Shown: in pieces, positions 17,771-26,416 of the stretch
Layout of the letters: every line of letters begins with the position of its first letter
Position numbering within the stretch: the stretch's first letter is position 1
Origin: a bacterium
Lineage (GTDB): Bacteria; Zhuqueibacterota; Zhuqueibacteria; Oceanimicrobiales; Oceanimicrobiaceae
NCBI GenBank assembly: GCA_046758365.1
Contig: JBHIAC010000028.1
Coordinates: forward strand, 1-26,416
Direction of reading: 5' to 3'
DNA length: 26,416 nt
Program-made: the position numbers and the translations under genes
The notes under the pieces: model-generated
Seen by the model: the letters and a program-made list of their open reading frames with translations, nothing else
What the model was told of the DNA's origin: nothing
The model's database searches: none

Positions 17771-20698
17771 TTATCTTACCAACAACATTTTCCGAGTTTG
17801 TCTTTCATTATCTACTTGTAGACTATAGATGTAAACTCCTGAACTTACCATCTGATCTAAACGATTTCGAGCATCCCAAGTAACCAATTTTTCCCCGGCC
17901 GATTGGACTTCATCCACAAGGGTTTTAACTTCCTGCCCGCCCAAATTGTAAATCCTTAAAATCACCCTCGCTGCTTTGGGTAGGTCGTAGCGGACTGTTG
18001 TTGTGGGGTTGAACGGATTAGGATGATTTTGATGAAGCACAAAGGACTTTGGAAGCGACAGGTCTTCGTCATGCTTCGATATCCCAACAATCTCTTCTGC
18101 AACAAAATATCTTTCTCCCCATGCCATCACTCGTACTTCCGCAGTGATAGGCTCATCGTCTACCTCAAAGGCCCACTCGTAAGGGACACGGCTGGTTGGA
18201 TTTCCGGGGACATAATCGTGTCCCAACTCATGGATGTGCCCCGGAATCATCACTGTAGGATTGAGTTTATTAATGCAGTTTCGCATACCTACCACCGCTG
18301 TCCCCGTTCCGGAGTCATTTACCCAGGCGTTTAATAACAGCACATCTACACTATCAACCTCCGGTAGGGTTGCTGAGGTCTGATTATCGCCGGTGTGGAG
18401 AATCTTAAAGCCACTGGGAGTCGTTACTTCATAAATCCTTATGGGGACACTATGCAGCCCATAATGTGCTTTAATGTGCAATCCTGAAATCGTTAAACTG
18501 TCACCCTCTGCCATCGGAACATTTCCCATATTCGAATTTTCAGAAGGGACTACCACATAACCGCCATTCGCCATTACTGCACTTGCCACAGAGTTATCAA
18601 AATGATCACCATGCTCATGGCTGATGAACAAAACCTCTATCTGCTGAATCAACTCAGAGGGAAGATGAGTTAACCAACCATGATATCCATCCACCAAATC
18701 GAAGGCAAATACATGTTGCGGAGTTTTGATCACAAAACCGTGGTTATACATCATCCAAATTGCTGCCCCTTCTGGTACCGTATCCCTCAGCTCTGTGTTC
18801 ACTTTTTCCATCATAAGATTGTAAAAATTATAGACGCTCTGTGATGAGCGAGATGAGTCATCCTTGAGAATATTGTCTAAGGCTAAGATCGTTTGTTCAC
18901 GCACAGTCGGATCTCCGGTATTGGGAGGATTATTTAAAAGATTGTTTTTAATCTGTTCCAGCGCTGGGCCCAGTGTAAACACATCGACTCCCCCTGAAGT
19001 AAGCTCTACCGGAACGTCACCTGTATTGAAAATGGCCGACTCTAATGTAATCGGAATGAATCCTGAAGCGGTATCAGGCACGGTGAACTTAAACCGGAAC
19101 AAAACCCCTTCACCACTGATATCTTCTGCTCCTGCCGAAGCAGTGATTTGTAAACTGTCAGTTTCATTTATTTGGATTGTCCATCCTGCTGTGCCCATCA
19201 AACTGGAATCCGTTATCACTTCAATGAAATCAAGCAAACCCATATAGCCGCCAATATTGATATCAGCAGAATTGCAAGTGAAATCCGCAGGGAATTGGAC
19301 GGACACATCAACTAATACTGTATCGCCGGGATAAGCATTAATTTGGTGAAGGTTTAAAGCAATATTGCTTACAACGGCTTCAGTCCATTCAAGCACATAT
19401 ACTGTTGAGCGTGCTGGGCCATGGTTAACCGAAATAAATACTACTTCCTTTTTCCCGTCCCCATCCAGGTCGTTTCCTACGGCAAGGCGAAAAGGATATA
19501 ATGGTGCATACGGGACATCATCCTCAAATACAGTATTGGCTGTATAACTAAGCGGGTCAGTGGCACTTCCTCCGGATTTGTAAGCTATGTCGGTGATTTT
19601 GTGATGCCCGGCGATATAGAAATTCGGCTTACCATCGCCATCCTGATCACCGAGCAGCATATCACCAATATCCCATCCGTATGATTCGAATGTATTCAAT
19701 AGGTAGAAATCGGAAGAATCCACACTGCTCAAGTCTCCACCAGGTGCAAAAACCCAGAAGTTTCCAAAAATATCAGTTTGGTAGAATTCCTGATTGCCAT
19801 CACTGTCAAGGTCTGCAACCACAGTATAGCCATTGGTTCCGGCCCAGGCAGACGGCATTAAATCAGCCGGAATAGTAACTATTAGTTCATAAGTATCTTC
19901 CCCGGTTGCCTCCAGGACATTGAATACGGTCGGTTTACTAAAATCCGGCCAGGCACTGCCGTCATACAGTTCCTTTCGACCATCTCCGTCAAGATCCCCA
20001 ATCGCAAAAGACCATGGTTGGATAAATGTCGTGATGTCATAGTATTCGGCTTCCCATATAGGATTGGAATAGTCCTGAGTTGTGAGTTCAAAGATAGCCG
20101 TTCCACATACTGTTGGGGAGATGAGTTCGTTCTTGCCATCACCATCGATGTCATCTATGATCGGAGTCACTTCCCACGCCCAACGGTTATTAATTGCACT
20201 ACAGCCAATATATCCTGCGGCCCGGGGGTCCCAGGTGACAGTGGGGGTACTGGGGAAAGTTCCTGTAATAGGGTCAAACTCAAAGATAACCATACCATGT
20301 ACGCCATCGATGGTCTCTACACAAGCAACAATTTCATCGATACCATCCCCATCGAGGTCGCCAACCGCCAGGCTTCGTTGAGTGGAATAAAGACCCGTCC
20401 AGGAGTAAGTTAGCTGTGCCGTGTAGAAGTTGTCTGCTTGAGCCTCAACCCAAACCAACTTGGCATTATTTCCGCCTTCTGGGTTAGCCAATAAGGTAAT
20501 GAACTCCCCATATCCATCTCCGTCAAAGTCGAAGATTCCTTGCAATTGTTCCTGCCATACCGGACCAAATAACGTGTCCCCCGGTGCCGAGACGAATCTA
20601 GTAGTCCAGTTCTCCGTTTGCCCTGAAGCTTGGACAACCGGTATTAGACTTACTAGAATTACCGTAAGAGACCAACTTACTCTTTTTCTTATTTTCAT
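17771..20698 (-). CDS. Secreted 975-aa multidomain protein: FG-GAP/VCBS propeller, cohesin-like domain, MBL-fold metallo-hydrolase and FlgD-Ig/T9SS-like C-terminal domain
   Basis: The likely start is the ATG at 20698 (AAGGAG RBS, signal peptide MKIRKRVSWSLTVILVSLIPVVQASG). Repeated GDLDGDG..E motifs, a PGDTVLVDV...GEGVLFRFKF cohesin-like segment, SHEHGDH/HTGD/PGH MBL motifs and QNHPNPFNPTT...SSGVYIY...RKMLLVR. Confidence 0.9.
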   Translation of the reverse strand: MKIRKRVSWSLTVILVSLIPVVQASGQTENWTTRFVSAPGDTLFGPVWQEQLQGIFDFDGDGYGEFITLLANPEGGNNAKLVWVEAQADNFYTAQLTYSWTGLYSTQRSLAVGDLDGDGIDEIVACVETIDGVHGMVIFEFDPITGTFPSTPTVTWDPRAAGYIGCSAINNRWAWEVTPIIDDIDGDGKNELISPTVCGTAIFELTTQDYSNPIWEAEYYDITTFIQPWSFAIGDLDGDGRKELYDGSAWPDFSKPTVFNVLEATGEDTYELIVTIPADLMPSAWAGTNGYTVVADLDSDGNQEFYQTDIFGNFWVFAPGGDLSSVDSSDFYLLNTFESYGWDIGDMLLGDQDGDGKPNFYIAGHHKITDIAYKSGGSATDPLSYTANTVFEDDVPYAPLYPFRLAVGNDLDGDGKKEVVFISVNHGPARSTVYVLEWTEAVVSNIALNLHQINAYPGDTVLVDVSVQFPADFTCNSADINIGGYMGLLDFIEVITDSSLMGTAGWTIQINETDSLQITASAGAEDISGEGVLFRFKFTVPDTASGFIPITLESAIFNTGDVPVELTSGGVDVFTLGPALEQIKNNLLNNPPNTGDPTVREQTILALDNILKDDSSRSSQSVYNFYNLMMEKVNTELRDTVPEGAAIWMMYNHGFVIKTPQHVFAFDLVDGYHGWLTHLPSELIQQIEVLFISHEHGDHFDNSVASAVMANGGYVVVPSENSNMGNVPMAEGDSLTISGLHIKAHYGLHSVPIRIYEVTTPSGFKILHTGDNQTSATLPEVDSVDVLLLNAWVNDSGTGTAVVGMRNCINKLNPTVMIPGHIHELGHDYVPGNPTSRVPYEWAFEVDDEPITAEVRVMAWGERYFVAEEIVGISKHDEDLSLPKSFVLHQNHPNPFNPTTTVRYDLPKAARVILRIYNLGGQEVKTLVDEVQSAGEKLVTWDARNRLDQMVSSGVYIYSLQVDNERQTRKMLLVR

Positions 20699-20732
20699 AT
20701 TTTTCTCCTTTCTTTTGTTAATCGTGACGGCC

Positions 20733-21351
20733 GTCGCGGTAGGAACGCCGGTTACCCGACGCCCCCCGCAGTCGGGATAGATTTGCGGCGCGCGCAACCT
20801 TAGGGTTCGGTAGTATATCTACTCAGTTTCCCAGTAGACCGCAGTCCGACTCCCATAATTCACGTTTCCGCAAATCTCTCTACGATCCCGCACGGTCGGA
20901 TTTCCCAAGTTACGGTTCTGACCTTAGCATCTCCTCCCAATGCCTTTCCATTAACAAGGAAGCTTAAATGCTGACTCATATACACCCCTCTCGTTAATGG
21001 TTTACATGTGGGACTAGGTCCATTTTTTATGGTAAAAATTCTCCAGCTCTGTGTCTGAATCGGGCAATTGACATAGCAGAACTTTCACCTGCTGGAATGC
21101 AGCCTTGTCTGCTGCTCCCGGGCTTGCACGTGAGGTTCACTACTGACCTGATGGCTAGTCTTTGGTCAGATGGGACTCTTCCATTTATTAGTTCACTTTA
21201 GGTGCTGACTCGACTGTTTATCGGGCTTTGGCTTTTACCGGGGCCTCAACCCCACCATAGCTTACTTAAGCTGGAATCACCCACTGGGTAATAATATCGA
21301 ATTTCAATGAACTTTTCTTCATATCCCAACGACCCGAGTTTATCTCGGCAC
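20733..21351 (-). mobile_element. Outer ORF-less group II intron remnant (class E-like ends), interrupting an attC arm
   Basis: 5' end GTGCCGAGATAAACTCGGG... with domain-I-like TTACCCAGTGGGTGA and GGTCAGTAGTGAACCTCACGTGC. 3' end is a domain VI, GCGGGGGGCGTCGG-GTAA-CCGGCGTTCCT-A-CCGC-GAC, with a bulged A and terminal AC. Its own domain V and RT ORF are missing. Confidence 0.75.
20771..21118 (-). mobile_element. Inner ORF-less group II intron remnant nested in the outer one
   Basis: 5' GGAGCAGCAGACAAGGCTGC...GGTGAAAGTTC. Domain V-like GAACCGTAACTTGGGAAATCCGACCGTGCGGGATC (20884-20918). Long domain VI closed by AGATTTGCGG/CCGCAAATCT, bulged A, 3' end CTATCCCGAC. Confidence 0.75.
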
Positions 21352-21370
21352 GATGAAACCGATGTTAGAC
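21352..21370 (-). mobile_element. Left arm of an attC site (R'' box) interrupted by the intron
   Basis: GTCTAAC-ATCGGTTTCATC, 35 bp after the 21405 stop. Removing the intron gives GTCTAACATCGGTTTCATC|GGCCG, an R''-spacer-L''-like arm. No right arm was found. Confidence 0.55.
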
Positions 21371-21404
21371 AACCTCATATTAATTAGTAATTTGACTTAA
21401 GATA

Positions 21405-21971
21405 TTAATAATGAATCGCCTGTCCTGACACAGGAACGGAAGCGTGAAATTGTACGATTACCCGGTTGCTGTTTCGTTTCTCCAGAACGCCAGTAAATCT
21501 AAAGCCTTCAATACGGACTTGCTGTCCCTGAGCCACTAAACTCCACTCTGTGACCTCTGAAAACCATGCAACATTACCTGAGTTATGAACCTTGATAACT
21601 TGATCCTTGAGTGAAATCTTAGAGTCCTCGAAAGAATCGAACTGTTTCTGTATCGACTCTTTCAATGCTTCCCACCCAACCCACCGTTTGACGGCATCAG
21701 TACCTAAGTTCTCCATGTCGGCATCATGAGCCATGATTTTGGAGAGTAGCTCTAAATCCTCAAAGGTGTTACCCGCTAGAGAATACTTAATACCGACATA
21801 GGGTGAAATGAATATTTTCTCTGCCGGATACATTTTTACTTGTATCCCCCCACCAATACTTAATAAAAAGTTTGTAAGCTCTTGCTTTGCGCCGGTAGAC
21901 ACAACTTTCTTTGTGGCAATATCCAGACTAAAAAGACTAAAGTATGGTGAAAGCACAAACTGTTTCTTCAA
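21405..21971 (-). pseudogene. Probable chimeric remnant: beta-barrel-like fragment fused to an N-terminally truncated SnoaL/NTF2-like domain
   Basis: The C-terminal ~120 aa (DLELLSKIMAHDAD...GTD...WVGWE...VAWFS...RFTGVLEKR...IVQFHASVP) is SnoaL-like. The N-terminal part (SIGGGIQVKMY...ISPYVGIKY) looks like OM barrel strands. TTG start with no signal peptide. Confidence 0.6.
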
Positions 21972-22056
21972 AGGAATATTGTAGTGAATTTCTGAGGTAA
22001 TTGGTCATATTTAAGTGAAAATTTTGGAACTGAGAAAAATCACTTTTTCATGAAGC

Positions 22057-23420
22057 CTAAAAAATAATAAGTTTCAATCCAAGCGTTAAGAAAAAACCCG
22101 ACTTATCTACTTCAGGTTTGTCATCGGTCCAAACTGCTGAGGTAGTATCACCGCCATTCCAATCACCTGGCCGCTGCCAACTGCTCGCTTTACCGCCAAA
22201 GCGGTACCCAGAGTTAACCACAAGATCGGTCTTTTCCGTAATAACGATTTCGGCACTAAGCCCTGGGTAGGCTGAAAGAAAAAACGTATTAACAAAACGA
22301 TCTTCATCGTCGTGTCGCCATACGTAATCTACATCAAATCCTACTTTTACCAGGAAAGAAATCCTTGAAATACCTAAGAGGCGTTGTATACCAAACATGT
22401 CTAAACCAACGCCAGAATTTTTGTCATCGCGCGAATCAGTGTAACGGAAAAATCGTAATCCACCACCCCAGTCGCGCTTTTGAATAGGCCGTACACGATA
22501 TTGAACTCCGACACTGGTATATGAGTTATTCAATGAAGGCACAAAATTTAACTGAAAGCCGTGAATTGATTTTACCTGCTCCATAGCTTTATAACCCGCT
22601 TGTATGGAACCCCATTGCCGCAAAATTACAAGCGATTCACTTCAGAGGAAACATCTTCAACCGATACAAAAGCTCTCTTGCGTCCCAAATATGTGAAATT
22701 ATTATCTTCGGATGTTCCTTTCTGTTCCGACTCCAAAATTACGAATATTGAGCCCTTCTTTATTCCGATATCCTCTCCTAATATCAGTAGCACTTCCCGG
22801 TGATCTACGGAGAATACCTCTGAAGTCATCAGATAAAGATTTTTTAATGTTTCAGTTGCTCTTTGCCTGAATGCTTTCATCGCAATTTCTCTGGATTCGC
22901 TTTTGGTTTTAGCAATCAGCGTGTTTACAGGCTTGGTGGGCTTTACATCAATATCGATTTCCTGCAAAGTTTCACCTGTTTTAATATCTATCTTTTTGAC
23001 TTGCACAAAAAGATGCGGCATAAACATCCCAGATATATGTTGTTTATGGTAGAAGTCACGAACAATTACCAGAAAACCTTCTTTGGCCGTAGCAATATTT
23101 CCAATATTCACAACCATAGAATCATTAATCAGGCCGCTCAGTTGGAGAGCTTGTTCTTTCAAAATGCTTTGCAGGTCATTTCTATCAATTACTTCATAAC
23201 GTCCCAGGCGTGCCGCGACGCTCGCTATGATATTGGTGACTTCCATATTAAGGGGGTCATCTTTTGAAGAAAGAATCAACAATCTCTCTTTCTTGAAAGG
23301 AATTTTATTTTTTCTATCTATTGTTTCTTGAGCATGCAAGTTTGGTATGGAATCGCATAATAATAAGCTCAAGAAAGAAATCGACACTAAAAATAACGAT
23401 TGAGTTAAATGTTTATTCAT
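22057..23420 (-). pseudogene. CsgG/HfaB-like plus C-terminal outer-membrane beta-barrel protein, copy 2, split by a 1-bp deletion
   Basis: Signal peptide and RYEVIDRNDLQSILKEQALQLSG. At about 22630 this copy reads AAT CGC T-T GTA ATT TTG CGG CAA TGG, versus AAT CGT TCT GTA ATC TTT CGG CAA TGG in the paralog. Ends in a terminal Phe. Confidence 0.82.
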
Positions 23421-23491
23421 TTTCTTGTCTCCAGCATAATTTTTAACTTTTTCCCAGTAATGGTTTGAAAAACTTTATACACTAAGGGAAA

Positions 23492-24790
23492 TTAAAAGAA
23501 AATAAACTTGTAACCAGCAGATAGGAAGGGACCGGACAAAGTCACTTCGGGTGCACCATTGTTCCAGACTACAGAAGATTCTCCTGTCTGTGTACGATTC
23601 CAGGTGCTCGACTTTCCACCGAAGCGATATCCCGCGCTAATAACAAGATCTGTTTTTTCCGATAAAACAATCTCAGTGTTCAGTCCTAAATATGCCAAAA
23701 ATGGTATAGCACTCACGCTATGACCGTCATCGTCCTTTCTTAGAATGATATTCATATCAACGCCTATTTTTAACAAAAAAGTCAGTCTTGATAAGTTAAG
23801 AAGTCGTTGCATTCCAAATGCACCAAAGCCGAACCCGGCATCATTATCATCGAATGAATCATTTACCTGGAGAAACCGTACTTCACCACCCCAACTCCGC
23901 TTCTTGATCGCCCGGGCGCGGTATTGGATACCGAAACTGTAGAATGAATTGTACAGAGGTGGGACAAAACTTATCTGTAATCCGTAAGTTGATTTAACAA
24001 ATTCTACGGCTTTGTCACCTGGTTGTACGGAACGCCATTGCCGAAAGATTACAGAACGATTCCCTTCTGAAGAAACATCTTCAACCGAAACAAACGCTAC
24101 CCTACGTCCAGGAATCTTGATGGTTCTACTTTGATATTTTCTAATCTGCTCAGGTTTTTCAATGACAAAAATAGTTCCTTTGTCGATTCCAACCTCTTCT
24201 CCTAGATATAAAATTACTTCCTGGTTATCCACTGCAACAATTTCAGAGGTCATAAGATAGAGTTTTTTCAACTCCTCGATTGCGTTTTTCTTGAATTTTT
24301 TCTGTGCATCCTGACCAGAGGCATTGATATTTATGGATTGTATTAGTTGACCGGTTTCTATATCAATATGTTTGACTTCGACAGAAAACCTAGATTTCAC
24401 GTTGATGAGTAGTGCTTCTTAGGCGGCGGCAATATTGCCAACGCTCACAATCATGGAGTCATTAATCACACCAGATAGCTGTAAAGCCTGTTCTTCTAAA
24501 ATTCTTTGCAGATTATTTCTGTCGATCAACTCAAATCTACCGAGTTCCGCGATGATACCGGTAATTAGATTAGTAACTTCTACATCGTAGTAACTATCAC
24601 GTTTTGTCGGGAGAATGAGTAATCGCATTTTTTTTGAGGAGATTTGGGAAGATTTCTGCGTCACTTCTTGTGTATGTAGCTCCTGTATGCATGCGTAAAA
24701 CAAGACATTTAAAAACAAAAAGATAACAGTATTTTTAAAGTTTAACAAAGGACTCACTCCCTTCAAGCAATTTAAGTTCAACTTTTTCAT
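23492..24790 (-). pseudogene. CsgG/HfaB-like plus beta-barrel protein, copy 1, split by an in-frame TAA
   Basis: ORFs 24419-24790 and 23492-24400 are in the same frame: VGNIAAA*EALLINVKSRF, where the paralog has IGNIATAKEGFLV. RFELIDRNNLQRILEEQALQLSG, GGAGG RBS and terminal YKFIFF. Confidence 0.82.
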
Positions 24791-25098
24791 GACAACCTCC
24801 CTAATTTAATTAATCCCTAAAGATGCAACAAGTTTTATTCAGTTAAAAAAATGGCTCGGCAGTGGTAGTATAGTAGCAAGTTAACCAATTTTGCTAAGCC
24901 AGTATTGCTTGCTCATAAAAAGGAGTCACAAATTAGGCTTATTTAACCCTTGCAATATTTTTGGTAATTCTGAATCAGTTATAAATTTAATTTTCAAAGA
25001 GCCGCCCAGTAACATGATCGCGTATTTCAGATCTTTAAGCGAACTATTTGAAGAAAGCCTTTTTCGATACTGTGCCTGTATTGGAAATTTCTGGGCAT

Positions 25099-25225
25099 GT
25101 ATAACGCAAAACTGAGCTGCAAAGGATGACAAGGGCACTAACCTGCTGTAACAAAAAAGCTCTCGAGAGGTCACAAAACCGGCCAAAAGCTACGAGTCCT
25201 TTGTCGGCTCCAGTTGTTGTTATGC
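25099..25225 (-). mobile_element. Integron attC site (complete, 127 bp)
   Basis: Minus strand: R'' GCATAAC, then AACAACTGGAGCCGACAAAGGAC ... ATCCTTTGCAGCTCAGTTTTGC, then R' GTTATAC. It starts 10 bp after the 25236 stop. Confidence 0.88.
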
Positions 25226-25235
25226 GCTCCATTGC

Positions 25236-25952
25236 CTACCGCTGCTTCCTTTTGCTCTTTTTCTTGCTACGAGTGGGCTGTTTCTTTTTCTTGGCTTTCG
25301 GAGGTGAAATTAGTTCATAAGAATCACCGAACTGCCGAATTACACGCTGCCGAAGCGCTTCACGTTGTTCGATGGGAACGCCGAAAGCAAGAGATGAGTA
25401 TTCCCAATCTCTTTGACGAATGAGGTCCCGGTCAAGCTTCTGTGCGCATTCATCGCATAACCCTAAGTCATTTAGAGGAAGATAACTGTCACAGCCCTGA
25501 CACTCGCCTTCAAAGCTAGACCAAAACTCATCGGTTGTATCTTCATCCTCTTCTTTGCCTTGACCGAGTACGATATCACGATTATAATCAATATCTCCCA
25601 AAAGTTTCCGGCAACTGTAATGTGTCACTGAATCGGATGCGTCTATTGTCCTCGCATACTTTCTATTTAGCAGCAGGCCACGTTTTTTACACGCCTCAAA
25701 GAAAAACTTGGCGGTTGGCCCATCAAACTGCAAGTCTCCTTCATCAAACATAATCACCCCAAACGTCCCCTCAAGGTAGAGCTCACCTACTTTTAGTACA
25801 TCTTTGCTTCTACCGTACTCTTCGGCCGCCTCAAGTGCACGCTCTTTTGAATGAAACACAGGATCAAAAGACTCACCATGTGGGCAAATGACGTGGTAAT
25901 TCTTATCTAATAAAGTGTAGCCAATAACAGGATTATAACCGGGATCCATCAT
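25236..25952 (-). CDS. Cassette-encoded hypothetical protein with a C-terminal CxxC...CxxC Zn-ribbon-like motif and a Lys/Arg-rich tail
   Basis: 238-aa ORF with ECQGCD...LCDEC, immediately followed by an attC. Confidence 0.7.
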   Translation of the reverse strand: MMDPGYNPVIGYTLLDKNYHVICPHGESFDPVFHSKERALEAAEEYGRSKDVLKVGELYLEGTFGVIMFDEGDLQFDGPTAKFFFEACKKRGLLLNRKYARTIDASDSVTHYSCRKLLGDIDYNRDIVLGQGKEEDEDTTDEFWSSFEGECQGCDSYLPLNDLGLCDECAQKLDRDLIRQRDWEYSSLAFGVPIEQREALRQRVIRQFGDSYELISPPKAKKKKQPTRSKKKSKRKQR

Positions 25953-25989
25953 TTCTTTGCTAAAATAATAGTATTAGAAGAACCACAAG

Positions 25990-26019
25990 GAGCACGTTCG
26001 CACCAACGATTGGTTATAG
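25990..26019 (-). mobile_element. Truncated attC (left arm only)
   Basis: CTATAAC (contains the TAA stop of the 26014 ORF) followed by CAATCGTTGGTGCGAACG. No complementary right arm or GTT box occurs before the next ATG. Confidence 0.55.
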
Positions 26020-26349
26020 GCCGAATCCTTTGGACGACGCGAGAATCTCCTCCCGAAGCTCTCCACTGAATTCTTTTAAATCGGAGTCTTCGATGAGTCC
26101 ATGACGATGCATCAGAAAAAGATACCAATGCATTTTTGATCTGGAGTGACCGTCGAGGCAATCGACCAAAACCTTGGTTTCCTTTTCCATTCTCTCTTTC
26201 GCTTCCCAAAACTGCTCTGTCGGTGTCTTATTCACTTCGGTGAGAATGCCGATGATCTCCTTGTTTTTCTTCCTCAAATAGCGCTCTCGCCATTCCGGAA
26301 CGCGATTTCGGAAGATTTTCCAGTCTGATTCCTTCGGTTTCCTCTCCAT
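26014..26349 (-). CDS. Cassette-encoded small helical hypothetical protein (ESDWK.FR...W.ERY type)
   Basis: The ATG at 26349 is preceded by GTTATGT-GTAAAGGAGAAA (core site then RBS). The stop lies inside an R''-like box, which is the classic cassette layout. Confidence 0.8.
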   Translation of the reverse strand: MERKPKESDWKIFRNRVPEWRERYLRKKNKEIIGILTEVNKTPTEQFWEAKERMEKETKVLVDCLDGHSRSKMHWYLFLMHRHGLIEDSDLKEFSGELREEILASSKGFGL

Positions 26350-26361
26350 TTTCTCCTTTAC

Positions 26362-26416
26362 ACATAACATTTAGGATTTTATACGTAATTGAGTCCCCGT
26401 AATCTCCCATCACTCG
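26362..26416 (-). mobile_element. Probable right arm of an upstream attC, running off the window
   Basis: Minus strand ...CGTATAAAATCCTAAAT-GTTATGT directly before the RBS and ATG of the 26349 gene. Confidence 0.5.

Noticed and set aside
20699..20797. 33-codon N-terminal extension of the 1008-aa ORF
   Set aside because: It reads through intron domain VI sequence. The RBS and signal peptide point to the ATG at 20698.
24891..25320. Small ORFs overlapping the attC at 25099-25225
   Set aside because: They run across the palindromic recombination site and lack RBSs or protein-like features.
17584..26416. Integron integrase or intron reverse transcriptase gene
   Set aside because: No ORF with tyrosine-recombinase (R-H-R-H-Y) or RT (YADD) motifs occurs in the window.

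Overview
The window looks like bacterial chromosomal DNA. A secreted protein with an NPFNP/FlgD-Ig C-terminal domain suggests an FCB-group lineage such as KSB1, Calditrichota or Ignavibacteria (inference). It has three zones. (1) 1-4.7 kb: a MacA/YknX-like efflux adaptor, then a decayed accessory patch holding a frameshifted htpG 3' fragment, an intact AT-rich three-gene operon (TIGR04255-like protein, small acidic protein, divergent PemK/MazF-like protein) and the remains of a Dam-type methyltransferase plus PD-(D/E)XK nuclease pair. (2) 4.9-17.5 kb: housekeeping genes on the + strand (VPS10/BNR beta-propeller protein, TetR, 7Fe ferredoxin, PiT, EamA, rnz, two Zn-dependent dehydrogenases, YgfZ-like protein, cupin, ArsR), with an unassigned ~95-nt structured element and several inverted short-repeat hairpins in the spacers. 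(3) 17.58-26.4 kb: a minus-strand integron-type cassette array with two complete attC sites, three partial ones and no integrase in the window. One attC arm is interrupted by a nested pair of ORF-less group II intron remnants (twintron-like) that end just upstream of a 975-aa secreted FG-GAP/cohesin/MBL-fold protein. Family assignments come from motif recognition only; no searches were run.
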